A stretch of DNA of 64,000 nucleotides, from assembly GCA_965219415.1 (NCBI GenBank), contig OZ244742.1, forward strand, positions 1,216,001 through 1,280,000, read 5' to 3'. Source of the DNA: Candidatus Marinacidobacterales bacterium (lineage in GTDB: Bacteria; Acidobacteriota; Vicinamibacteria; Marinacidobacterales; DATDRI01). Each line of letters opens with the position of its first letter. The first letter of the stretch is position 1. The position numbers and the translations under genes were made by a program. Shown here in pieces: positions 30,607 to 42,115 of this stretch. Under the pieces are notes generated by a model that ran no database searches, was not told the DNA's origin, and saw only the letters and a list, made by a program, of their open reading frames with translations.

Positions 30607-33069
30607 TTATGCAGATCCAGGATCTACGGAATCTCGGTTACGTTTTGAAATCCGACTGCGGCGCCAAGAAATCAAAAACGCCGTAATCACACCGAATACC
30701 GCCGCTAGAGAAATAATAGCCCCACGAACGAGAGACTGCGGCCGATACACCAAACGCACGCGGTGATCTCCCGCTGAGACTCTTACCGCCCGGAACAATC
30801 CGTTCCCTCTCACTAGCGGTGCGTTCTGCCCGTCGACTTGCGCCACCCATCCGGGGTCGAACGAGTCCCAAATCACGAGGTAGCCCCCGTCGGCCGGTAA
30901 ATAGGTTTGGATTTCCATGTCGTCCGAGGACTCGCCTAGGATAACGGCGCCGATCGGTTGAGGTGAAGTGGCGGCGCCCGCCGGCGGCGGCGGATCGCGG
31001 AAGAGCAGTACTTCCTTCCCCGGGTCGAACGATTCGGAAAACAATTGTTCGAAGTGTTTATCCACGTCAGGTTCGACACGCGCCCCTCGGGATATCGCGA
31101 CGCGCGGCCGAGAATCGGTTCGTTCGTAGAGCGCGAGGGGCGGGTAGCCGGCAAGACGAACGATGGCGCGCGCCGATTCGTTCGGTGGTTCGTTGGTCAA
31201 GAAATATCGCGTTCCTGTCCGACCAAGGAGCCGGGTCCGTTCCCCACGCGATGCTCCGGCGAAGCGCACAATAAAATGGGTGTAGTCATAGGGCCAAAGC
31301 GCGGTGAGATCCAGGGACACCCCTTCGCGAAATCCCCACGCGGACGGGAACGAAGCGAACATCGTTTGGTACGCGGCCATCAAGGCTTCTTCACTGACGC
31401 CCGCGTGCCTAGCTTCTTGCTGGCGCGGGACATTGTCGAGGTCTCTCATCCCGGTCCACCAGGTGATGCGACCCCCGACGTACACCCGATCCCCCGGATA
31501 CTCCCGTGCCGACGACACCCAGGGTGGTTCGCTCAGAAGCTCTGCGTTCAGCGTCGGGTTGACGACGGTATTCACCATCAACGGATCGACGAAACACACC
31601 GCGACAGTAGAACGGAACGATAGCGCCAGTTGGAAATCCCGATAAGAACCGAGATGACCGTACCAACGACAAAGAGCCGAAGCGCCGCGCGCCCGACCCC
31701 GGCCAGTAGAACCGGGGCCGCCACCTCCGGGTTCGCCACACGTAGCGTCCCGGCAATCTCGCTCGCGAGGCGAAGCGCTACTTCCTCCAAACCGTTAACG
31801 AGAAGGATCACAATGCCGCTGAACAGCACGAAGACGAGCGCCGGGAGCGCACGCCGTGCGGAGACACGGTTCTGCTCTTGAAGGTAGTCCCACCCCAAAC
31901 CGGCCAAAGCGGCAGTCGCCAGAACCGCGGGAAGGAAGTACTTCGCCGGGTAACGCACCGCCTCGAGAGGTGGCAAGAGCGCCTGAAGAGCCGGATACAA
32001 CGGCGTGTACCGCCCCAGGGCCATGATCGTCGCGACGAACCCGAGAAGCACCCAGAAACGACACCAACGGTCTCGACGACTTGCGCAGAATCCGAGGATC
32101 GCGAGCGCGACCGCACCCAAGCCGAAGTACATCGACGTGAAGAGCGGTGGGTACCCGCCGTTCAAGGCGCGGAGCCAAAGGTTGGGTTGGCCCGCCGGGG
32201 GAAAGCGTTCTCCGAAGACGGGCCACGCTATGGTCTCAGTAAGTGCCAATGGATGAAGAGCAAGGAGCTCACCGAGTTCCTGTTGCGCACGAGCCGAACG
32301 GCTGGTGGCTTCGAAGAGCGGCAACAGCTGCACCGCAACCAACAGGCCGCCCAAGCCAACCGCGACGAGAGCCAAGCCGAGGCGTTTGCTTAGACGGGGT
32401 CGCTCTCGGCCTCCCGCCGCAAATACCACGTAGGCGAGGGCGACCGCGCCGGTCACCGCGGCAGTCAGTGGTTCTCCGGCCAGGATCTGAATCCCTTGGA
32501 GCACGCTCCAAGCTGCAAACCGCACGCCACGAGGGCGCTCGTGCGAGAGCATCCGCGGCCCAGAGAATCCAAGGCACTAGGGCGAGCGACCAGGAGAGGT
32601 TGAGCGAGCTTGCGGTGGAAACAACGGGACCGGCTAGTGAGAAAATACTCGCCGCGAAGGACGCCCCCACCAACGAAAGGTGGCGCCGAAAAAAGAAAAA
32701 CGCACCCGACCCGGCCAAGACGATCGGCAGCAGAACCAAGAAGTTGAACCCGAGCACCGGGGGCAGGAGCAAGCGGATTGGGAGCGTCGGGAAGAACAGA
32801 ATCTGACGCACCGGATCCGCAATCGCCGATTGTCCGAACGCTACATACGGGTCCCACAGTGGTAGCTCACCGGAAAGGAGAGACCCGCGCAGCCACAAAT
32901 GCTCGGGCCAGTAGAAGAACGAGAGAGCCCGATCGAAAAAGAGGCGCGAGGTGCTCAGTCCCTGGCTCATCACCAACAGGGCACCAAGCGTCGGCGGTAG
33001 AGCCCAAACCCATTCGCGGCAAGAGCTAGTCTTGATCATACGGGAAAAACTGTAGGGGAGAGGAAACAC
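30607..33069 (-). pseudogene. YfhO-like GT-C glycosyltransferase, split in three frames
   Basis: GELPLWDPYVAFG, AVQLLP, RYPAKY, DPGWVAQVDG...NGLFRAV...YRP; frame breaks near 32.53 and 31.6 kb. Confidence 0.78.
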
Positions 33070-33577
33070 ATGATTGTACCGCCCGGTTGGAGAGTGCGCA
33101 ACCGTTCAGGAGAACGACTTGGCCGCGAGAACGGTGACTAAATCCGCAAGCTACAGCATCGGGGCGTTCGACACGTCGCGTGCGAAATCTCACACTTGAG
33201 GCGCGCTCTACCGCAACACACGCATGTCCCTACCCTCCATCTTTTCGGGAAGGCGTAGGCCAGGAGATATCTCCAGCCCCGAGTACTTGAGGCGCGCACT
33301 CAACACCGACTTCTCATTCCTCTTCTGGTTGAAGGAGAACGGCTACGAAACAGTCGCCTATACGCCGGACATGTACGAGTTCGACCTAGAGCTCTTCGAT
33401 CACGTGACCTTCCACAAGCAGAACCCGGGTGCCGAGGCTCTGGTCGAAATGAACATGGCCACTTTCCAAAGGTTGTGGGTATGGAGCAATTCCCCACGAT
33501 TGTTGACGAGGATGCTCTTGGGCACCAAGTGGTTCATCGAGTTCGGCGGAGAGAATTTGCGGTTGGTTAAGAACAGA

Positions 33578-34961
33578 GGGTTTACGCGGATTCGTGTGGG
33601 TAAGTTCTGACGGGAAAACAGTGTAACTCATTGTGTGGAAAAGGTATCGAGTACTTCATCAGGTGCTGAAAAGTGGTCCATTTTTAGGATAGGCTAACCG
33701 AGTGAAAAATTCCCAGTCGATCCGCTCGCTGTTCGCGCTGCCAGGTTTCGTGGTTGGTGCCGGATTGAAGGGTCTATTCGGTGACCGATACGCCCGTGTC
33801 ATCCAGCTCAAGAGGCGAAAAAAACAGCTGTGTGCTCTTACTGTGGGCAACGGTGCCGGGGGCGCTATGACAAGCAAGTGTGCCGGGTCCGCGACCTGTC
33901 GTTGGCAGGCTGGCGGATCTATCTGGAATACGAGCGTTGGCGCGTCAACTGTTCTGGGTGCGGCGGTGTGCATGTAGAACACCTAGACTGGCTGGCGAAC
34001 AACTCGCGCTACACCCAGCGTTTTGCGACGCATGTGGGCAAGCTGCGCCGGGATATGCCGAACAAGGCGGTGGCCGAGATGGAACGTCTGCACCACGGTA
34101 CGGTGAAGGCTCTGGATACGCTCTACATGCAAGAGCAGGTCGACCGGGCGGGGCTACCGGCGCCTCGGGCCATCGGTGTCGATGAGATCTCCATCCGCAA
34201 GGGACATAACTATCGCGTCATTGTCAGCGACCTGGAGCGGGCGCGTCCCATCTGGGTGGGCGGTGAGGGTCGCAAAGAAACCGACATCGATTTGTTCTTC
34301 AAGGCGCTGGGCGGAAAGAAAAGCGCCCGTATCAAGCTGGCCGCCATGGATATGTGGAAGCCCTTCCGGAACTCGGTGATTCACAACGCGCCTAATGCGC
34401 GGATCATCTTCGACAAGTTTCATATCATGCGTCATCTGTCAAAGGCCCTCGATGAGGTCCGGCGCGGTGAGTACAAACGCCTCAGCGGCAAGGACCGGTC
34501 GTACATCAAGGGGCAGCGTTACACTTTGCTTTCCCGGCGGGAGAACCTGAGCCTAGACGGTCGCCGCGCACTCAAAAAGTTGCTCCAGGCCAACCGGCGC
34601 CTGAACACCGCCTATATTTTGAAGGAGATCTTCGGGCAACTCTGGGATTACCGCACCGAACGCGGCGCTCGCGCCTTTTTCACTCGTTGGAAAGACAGCC
34701 TCAAATGGCAACGCCTGCATCCGTACCAGAAGTTCGCCGGTATGATTGAGTCCCATTGGGATGGTATCGCCTCCTACTGTCATCCGGAGAACAAAGTCAG
34801 TCTCGGCCTAGTTGAAGGGGTCAACAACAAAATCCGTGTTCTGCAACGACGCGCCTACGGCTATCGCGACGAGGAATATCTCAAGCTGAAGATCGTGGCG
34901 GCTTTCCTTCCGCCATTACCCAGAAATGCAGTTTTCAACCCACACGAATCCGCGTAGACCC
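33578..34961 (+). mobile_element. ISL3-family insertion sequence, 1384 bp
   Basis: 24-bp inverted repeats GGGTYTACGCGGATTCGTGTGGGT (23/24 match); 8-bp target duplication AGAACAGA at 33570-77 and 34962-69. Confidence 0.95.
33702..34957 (+). CDS. ISL3 transposase requiring a -1 frameshift at A7 (33818-33824)
   Basis: Zinc finger CSYC...CSGC, IGVDE, MDMW, FDKFH, EGVNNKIR..QRRAYGYR. Confidence 0.9.
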
Positions 34962-35490
34962 AGAACAGAAACTTCCTACCCTTTTCGGTTCCGATAACAT
35001 CCTATCTGAGTTTCTTGAACGTCCTGAAGCAAGAGGCCGAGCTCCCTGCCACAGGCCGTTATACGTTGATCCACGCCGTGCTCCCGCACACTCCGGAAGT
35101 GCTCGCCGCCGACTGCTCGTACGATGTGAGGGGCAGCGAGACGACGCAAGTGGAGCAAGCCGGCTGTACGACGAAGCTATTGGTGGACTTCGTAGAGCGA
35201 CTGAAGGAACTGGGACGATTCGACAACTCGCTGGTTATCGCTCACGCCGATCACGGGGTGTACGCGCCAGAGAGCAGTGCCGAGAACCCGGCGGAGAGGG
35301 TCTCGATGCGCGCACTGCTCCTGATCAAACCGATCGGCGGTCGCGGCGAACTAGCTGTCTCAGATGTGAAGAGCACCGTCATCGACATCGCACCTACTCT
35401 CTTACGCGCGCTCGCGGTCGAGAACCAGCTCCAAATGGAGGGCAAACCGTTGTTGGACGCGATGCCCGGCAACCGACTCGTAACGATGGA

Positions 35491-36235
35491 TTGACTCCGT
35501 TGGGACTTCGAAGGGGGCTCTCACCGTTTGCCCTGCTCGTGGTCTTGGCTCTCAACGGGTGCCAATCCGGTCCGCGAGATCGAGGAAAACCCAAAGACCC
35601 GGCCGGAGCTACTTCCCCGAAGCGCCCGGTCATCGGCGTCGGGTTGATTCTCGACACCGACCCGGGAGTCACCTACAAAGCTTACCAGCCCTTGATGGAT
35701 CATCTAACCTCCCACGCGCCGTTCTCATTTCAGATCCGGCTAGGAAGGACCTCGGAAGATCTGCTGAGATCGCTGGAAGAAAGAATGGCCGAGCTCGCTC
35801 CACTCGGGACGATCAGCTATCTCGAAGCTCACAAGCAGTTCGGAGCGGTGCCTCTGGTGAAGCCGCTGAATCGAAGCGGTGAGCCGCTGTCCCGAAGCGT
35901 CTTGATCACGCGAGAAGACAGCAATCTACGTTCCCTCGGCCAGCTAAAGGGCGGCTCGCTCGTTCTCGGATCGCACCACTCAACATTCGGCAACCTCATC
36001 CCTCGCCACGAGCTGATGCGTGCGGGCATCGATCCCGATGACCTAGCGAGCATCGAGCACGTGGACAGCGACGACGAGGTCGTGGCCGCCGTTTTGGAGG
36101 GCCGATTCGATGCCGGCGCGGTAGCGGATCTGGTAGCCCACGCCGCCGAAGGGGTTCGGGGGTTCGGATTTTTCATACCTCCGAGCCCTTTCCTAGCGCT
36201 CCGCTGGTGATCCGCGACGACCTCCGGGCAGTAGC
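35491..36235 (+). pseudogene. PhnD/SsuA-like substrate-binding lipoprotein copy A (3' frameshift and truncation)
   Basis: Lipobox LNGC; YQPLMDHL, STFGNLIP, VLEGRFDAGAV. Confidence 0.75.
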
Positions 36236-36309
36236 ATGAGCTCGAAGAGCGGTGCCGCGAAGGCAATGCGAATGCTCCTCGCATTCATGTCTTTGGTCCC
36301 GACTCCACT

Positions 36310-37297
36310 TACCATATCGTTCTCGATGGTTTCCAAACGGATGTTTTCGAGCTCGTTCGTTCCAGCGAGACAGAAAAGGCGTTGCGCGGCTTTACCTACT
36401 TCCCCAACAACACCGCCATCTACCACCTGACGGCGACCTCCCTTGCCTCGACCTTTGGCAGTTCACGCTACGACTATCGGAGAACTCGATCCGAGTACCT
36501 CTATGAAGCTCTGAACGGAAAGGACTCTCTCATCCAGCGGTTGAAGGACCGCGGCTACACCGCGGAGGTGTACATCCCAGCACGTCAAGAAACGCGGTTC
36601 AAGATTCCGGACTACGTGTTTAGCCACGCCGACTATGCCCGCGCCGACCTGTTGGTGATGAACACTTCATCGTTCGCTAGGCTGTGGCTATACAGCCAAG
36701 TTCCCCGAGCCTTGAGAATGCGCTTCTCCTCCGCCGCTCTCGATCCAGTCGACTTGAAGCGTCTGGAAGAAGGCCGGTTCCTCCCTTACTCCGGCCGTAT
36801 CGGCCCTGGGCTTCAGTAAATTGATGAAGGAGGAAGAAAGACTGCCGGCTTCGGGTCGGTACAGCTTTACTCACTTGCTCATGCCGCACCCACCGTACGT
36901 GCTGCGGCCCGACTGTTCCTATGAGCCATCGGGAGCGAAGACGGACATGTTGGCCCAAACGCAGTGCACTATGGAGCTACTCTTTGATTTCCTAGGCGTC
37001 CTACAAACGCTAGGGCGCTTCGAGGACAGCCTGATCTTGGTACACGGTGATCACGGAGGACACTACCGGATGAGAGACGGGAAGTTGATCGACTACCGCT
37101 CCCGGTCCTTGAGATCGCTGTTGCTGGTCAAACCTGTCGGGCGGGGCCAGGAGGACCGGTTCGAGGTGTCGCCACGGAAGTCGTCGCTGCTCGATATCGC
37201 ACCGACCATCTTGGACTGTGTCGGTATCGACGTCTCCCGAGAGTTTGACGCTTTCGAGGGAAACTCCCTCAGCGACGCGGTACCTTGCTCCGACTGA
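36310..37297 (+). pseudogene. AP-superfamily gene copy B (lacks TM N-terminus; frameshift near 36795)
   Basis: YHIVLDGFQTD, TATSLASTF, MPHPPY, HGDHG. Confidence 0.78.
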
Positions 37298-37862
37298 GAA
37301 TCGAGGGAGAATTAGTATTAACCAATTTAAACACAAAAGGTTAGATGCCGTCGCCTCTCCCTTGACACTGGCAAACCCGCATGGCATCCTAACTGATACC
37401 AACTGACATCGGCGCTTTCGGCTTCGCCGTCTAACGCAATCTTGAGTCCCGATTCTCCACGACCCTTTTCCCAAACGGCCGGGCGAGTACCGGAAGGCTA
37501 TTATTAACCTTGATGACGTATCTGCGCTCCTCCCTGATCCTGTTGCTCGCCCCGGCGATGCTCGTCCTTCCCGTTACGGGCTGCCATCAAGGGAGCGGAA
37601 ACAGAGAGGAGGCGCCGCCGGCAGAGCCGGAGCAGAATATCTCGTCGCTCGATGGCGACCGCTCATCATGTTGTCCTTCATGGAGCCGATAGACAGCGTC
37701 CTTTCGACGAAAGCGCATCAGCCTCTCGTGGACTATCTCACCGCACAAACCCCTTTTCGCTATCGGGCCATTTTCAGCAGCGAGTCCGAGAGGAACGTCG
37801 GCTTCCTCGAGGAACGACTGGTCGAAATTTCACACCTGAGAGTCGTAAGTTACCTGGAGGCA

Positions 37863-39300
37863 GAGTCAAGCCCATTCTTAGTTGAAACTCTCCACGGCTC
37901 ACGTTTAAGCGACCTTCTTCTTCGATACGGTTGATGTCTTCGCCTCGATCTTCAGTTCCCGCTTGAGAGCTTCGCGAAGCTTGGGAAGATGGCGGTAGCC
38001 ACCACCACCTTCCTCAAGCGCGGTTCGATGTCTACGAGCGCCGTTGCCAACCAGCGCTGGCGTTGGCTCGAGTTCTTCCAGTGGTCGACCTTCGCGCAGC
38101 GTTCCTCGACGAGAGCATTGACGGACTCAAGGCAGTTCGTCGTCTTGAACGAACGGCCCAGCACCGCGTGCACGCCGAGTCGATGCAACGTCAGCGTCTC
38201 CTCGAGGCCTTCCTCCAGGCTGCCAGCTGCGGATTGGTTCCGCTCTTCTAACTCACCGTGGAGTTGCTCGAGCGCAGTGAGGGCCTCTTCGTACTCCGGC
38301 CTGTTGTAGGCCCACTGGAGCCGCTTGCGCCATGACGCCTGCTCGCCCTTGGACAGGTAGCTCACTACGTTTTCACGTTTGTTGCCACTGGCAGCGTTGT
38401 ATCAGGGCCCGCTTACGGAATGCCTTCTTGACTGCCGCTTGGAGACCCTTGCCGCCGTCGATGATCACCAGCAGACCCTGGGAGATATCGAGTCCCCGCT
38501 CGAGCAGTGAACGCAGGAACGGCGTCAACACCTGCGCGTTCTCCGTGTCCGTCTCCACGAAGCCCAAGAAGCGTTTTTCCCCGCAAAGCGTGATGCCCAG
38601 AGCCACGACCATCGTTGCCTCGGCGAATGTCTTCCCATCCAGAAACAGCGCCACCACATCCTCGCCGGTCAGATCCCGTTCCTGCATCTCCCGCAGCTTC
38701 GCAGCGCTCGCTTGCACGAACCCTCGGGACACCGTTGAGCTCGACAGCCCGATGGCGCCCGGAATCGCTTCCGCTGCCGCCTCGTAGTTGCGACAAGAGA
38801 TTCCGTAGAGAACTCGTTTCAGCAGAAGATCATTCACCTCACCGCCGTGGCTCACCGCCTCGTAGCAGCGAAGCGGAATCTCTCCTCCCTCGATGCTCCG
38901 AACCCGTGGCACACGGATCGGTACCCGCTGGCCGCCAAGCCCTACCGTGCCCGGGTTGCTTCCGGGACGGCGACCGCGCTCCAGCTCGTCCTTGCGAGAG
39001 TATCGCTCTCCCGCCAACGCCTTCACTTCGTCGTCGAGCAACTCGTGAACGTGCATTAGACCAAGGGGGACCAACCAACGGATCATCTCTACCTTGGCGT
39101 CCAGCACGAGTTCCCCGTAATCCTCGTGCCTCACCATCTCGACCTCACCCAAACGACGCGACTTCTTGCGTTTCTTGACCGAACGTAGCAGACTTCCCAT
39201 CTCGGCTCCTTTCTTCGCGGCTTGATTTTGTTTTGTCCAACGCCATCAAACCACGGGGTTTGGAGCCGTTTCAATTCCCAACTAAGATTGGCACACTTTC
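37863..39300 (-). mobile_element. IS256-family insertion sequence, 1438 bp
   Basis: 8-bp target duplication TGGAGGCA (37855-62, 39301-08); imperfect IRs sharing CCAWTCTTAGTTG. Confidence 0.92.
37905..39200 (-). pseudogene. IS256 transposase with two frameshifts
   Basis: LFLDG, IIDGGKGL, QRCQW, TTNCLESVN; frame breaks near 38380 and 38000. Confidence 0.88.
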
Positions 39301-39870
39301 TGGAGGCACGCGACCAGTTCGGAGCGGTGCCGATAGTAAAACCTCTGAACCGCGACGGTGAACCGATCTCGCGGAGCGTCTTGATCACGCGAGAGGACAC
39401 CGATATCGATACACTCACGGATCTGAGAGGACGGTCTTTGGCACTGGGATCGTTTCATTCCACGTTGAGCAACCTCGTACCGCGCTACGAGCTCATCCAA
39501 GCGGGAGTCGATCCTAAAGATCTCGAATCCATGGAGCGTCTGGCCAACGACGATGAGGTGGCGAAAGCCGTTTTGGCCGGTCGGTTCGACGCCGGGGCGG
39601 TGGAGGACATCGTCGCCGAGCGTTACAGCCAGAAAGGGCTTAGAGCTTTCCACGTTTCCGGTCCGATTCCGAAAGGCCCGCTGGCCATTCGCGACGACCT
39701 TCCTCGGCGAGTCGAATCGGCGATTCGCGACGCTCTCCTGAAGTTGAACCCCAAAGGGGCAGAAAGCCGACAGGATTGGGCCGAGGAGATCCGATACGGT
39801 TTCCAACCCGCGGTGGACTCCGACTACGAACCCATTCGAAAAATTCTGAACACCGCACCTACCGGATGTC

Positions 39871-41864
39871 GTGAATCATGTCACGGAAGCTCTTGAAGTG
39901 AGGTTAGAAGGGAGCGCTTTGCGTCACTCTATCACCCTTGCCCTATCCCTCCTGCCCACTCCCCTGCTGGTATTTGTCTCATCCTCGAGCGCCATTTACC
40001 TGAAGAATCAAAGTCTATTGCAGTACCAGTACCAAGTGCTGACTCCGTTCGCCAAGTTTGCCTTCGTGACCCTGTTGGTTGGGATCGCGCTGGCGGTCTT
40101 GTCCAAGTACCGTCGCCTTTTTCAATATGGTTTGTGGGTCTACTACTTGGCCGGCCCCGTTTTCCTACTCTTCGGTTTCTTCCGGCCTCTCCAGGCAGAG
40201 TTGCCGGGCCTGGACGTGCTCTACCAAACGATGGCGGGGCTTGCTTTCTGGCCGGCTCTACTCGTCGTCGCGACCATCGTCCTGACAAGGCGGTTGAGAA
40301 CTCAGTCGCGGGCCACCATGACGAGGGCCTTCGCGGTATTCGGTCTCGCTTTGTTCGTCTATGAAGCGGGCGGCTTGCTCTATCACGTGTCCTCCTCCGT
40401 GCCCGGCCCCCCGCTAATGTCCTCGAGGGTCGGCAACGGGCAGGCAAGGGAAACTCTTTACCCAACGTGTACCACCTCATCTTCGATGCGTATCAGACCG
40501 ATCTGTTCGACCACACCTTGTCCCCTAGAGCGAAGGAATCGTTAGGAGGATTCTCCTACTTTCCCAGCACGACAGCCATATCCGCATACACGCCCATCTC
40601 CCTGGCCTCGATCTTCTCCGGCCGACAGTATTTCTATGACCAAGCCCGCGGCGACTACATCACTCAGGCGTTCAGCTCCGAGAAATCGCTTCTCTATTGG
40701 CTCAAGTCGCACAAGTACGAGATCGTGGGGTACGGGACGAACACCTGGCGCCGTCGTGATCACTTCTTCGATCGGATGGTCACCCATGGAGACGCGGCGC
40801 GGGACGACCTCCTGGCACTCAATACCGAAGCCTTTCGGGACCTCTGGCTCTTCAGTAACATTCCCGTCCCTTTGAAGCCCGCCGTCATGCGGACCACCTT
40901 GTTCGCTCAGCTCGACGAAAAGGACCTGAAGCTACTGGAAAACGGGAGATTGTTACCGTACTCGGCACCGGTGACGTCTTACATCGGCTTCAGGAAGATG
41001 ATGGCCGACGAAGAGAGCCTCTCGCCCACCGGGCGATACACCCTCGTGCACGTCGTGATTCCTCATCATCCTCACAAGTTGGGCGCGGATTGCACCTACA
41101 CCCTGGGTTCGACGAGAACCGGGGTCATCGAGCAATCCGAATGCGCGCTCAAGATGGTCTTGGAGTTCATCGATCATCTCGAGAATCTGGGCCGCTTCGA
41201 CGATTCTTTGATACTCATCCACGGCGACCACGGCGGTCCGTATCGCACCAAGAACGGCGAATTGGCAACCGAGGCCCGGTCCCGTTCCTTGAGCACCGTC
41301 TTGCTCATCAAACCGATGGGGCAGGCGAGGACCGGTAGGCTCCAAGTCTTGGACTCGGAATTGAGCCTCATGGACGTTCCCTCCGTTGTGATTGGTTCAG
41401 TCGCCGAAGCGGCGTTAAGCGAGCCGCGAACAGTCCCTTGGGACTTGAACCAAAGATTCGTCCCTCTCGTTGAAGGTGAGCTCTTCGAATCGGCGCAACT
41501 GATTTTGAAACGGCAAGGATTCTCGCTCGGCGAGGTGAAAGAGATCGCTAACGAGAGCTACCCGGCGGGTACCGTCATCTCGCAGGATCCTCCCGCCTAC
41601 CAAGAAGGCCCGAACCCCGAAGCCATCAAGATCGTCCTCTCCACTGGCCATCCGGGCGGTGCGGATATCATGCCCGACTTCGTGGGCCGCGACATCACCG
41701 AAGTGAGCGATTGGCTGAAACAAAAAAGTCTCCCCGCTTCGAGCATCCGCCACGTCGTCCATGCGTGAGCTCCCGAAGGAATGGTGGTGAGGCAGACCCC
41801 TCGTGCCGGGGCGGAAACCAAAGGCAGTGGTAAGATTGCGTTCTACGTGAGTAAGGGCAGATAG
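39871..41864 (+). pseudogene. AP-superfamily gene copy C: multi-TM, sulfatase-like domain, two PASTA domains
   Basis: YHLIFDAYQTD, IPHHPH, HGDHG; PASTA motifs GTVISQDP, MPDFVG, GMVVRQTP; frameshift near 40460 and in-frame TGA at 41766. Confidence 0.8.
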
Positions 41865-41899
41865 AGAGCCCTGAGCCCGAGCGGAGCGCGAACGCAGCC

Positions 41900-42070
41900 C
41901 TGAGCGAGCGCGGAGTCGCCTGCCGACGAAGCGCTTCCCGTTGGGGGTGGGGCCCCAACGGATTGAATGCAGTGAGTCGCGGAGCGAGCAGCGAGTGGGG
42001 GGAGCCTTCAGCCGTCGCGCAGGCACCGGTTGCCGAAGCGACGAGCACGGGGTGGGGCTCCGTGCGACTG
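41900..42070. repeat. REP-like pair of hairpins sharing a TGGGG loop
   Basis: CCGTTGGGG-GTGGGG-CCCCAACGG (41938-61) and GCACGGGG-TGGGG-CTCCGTGC (42045-65). Confidence 0.6.
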
Positions 42071-42115
42071 AGAGATTGCGTCCCCACGAGCGCTAATGGA
42101 TGCCCTGGCGGGCGG

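Larger units (their letters stand above)
33224..35494 (+). pseudogene. AP-superfamily (sulfatase-like) gene copy A, 5'-truncated and ISL3-interrupted
   Basis: Removing the IS and one direct repeat rejoins ...LRLVKNR|NFLPFSVPITSY in frame; LPHTP, ADHG; similar to copies B and C. Confidence 0.8.
37510..39896 (+). pseudogene. PhnD-like lipoprotein copy B, IS256-interrupted
   Basis: Lipobox VTGC; ...SYLEA|RDQFGAVPIVKPLNRDG rejoins across the IS; similar to copy A. Confidence 0.8.
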
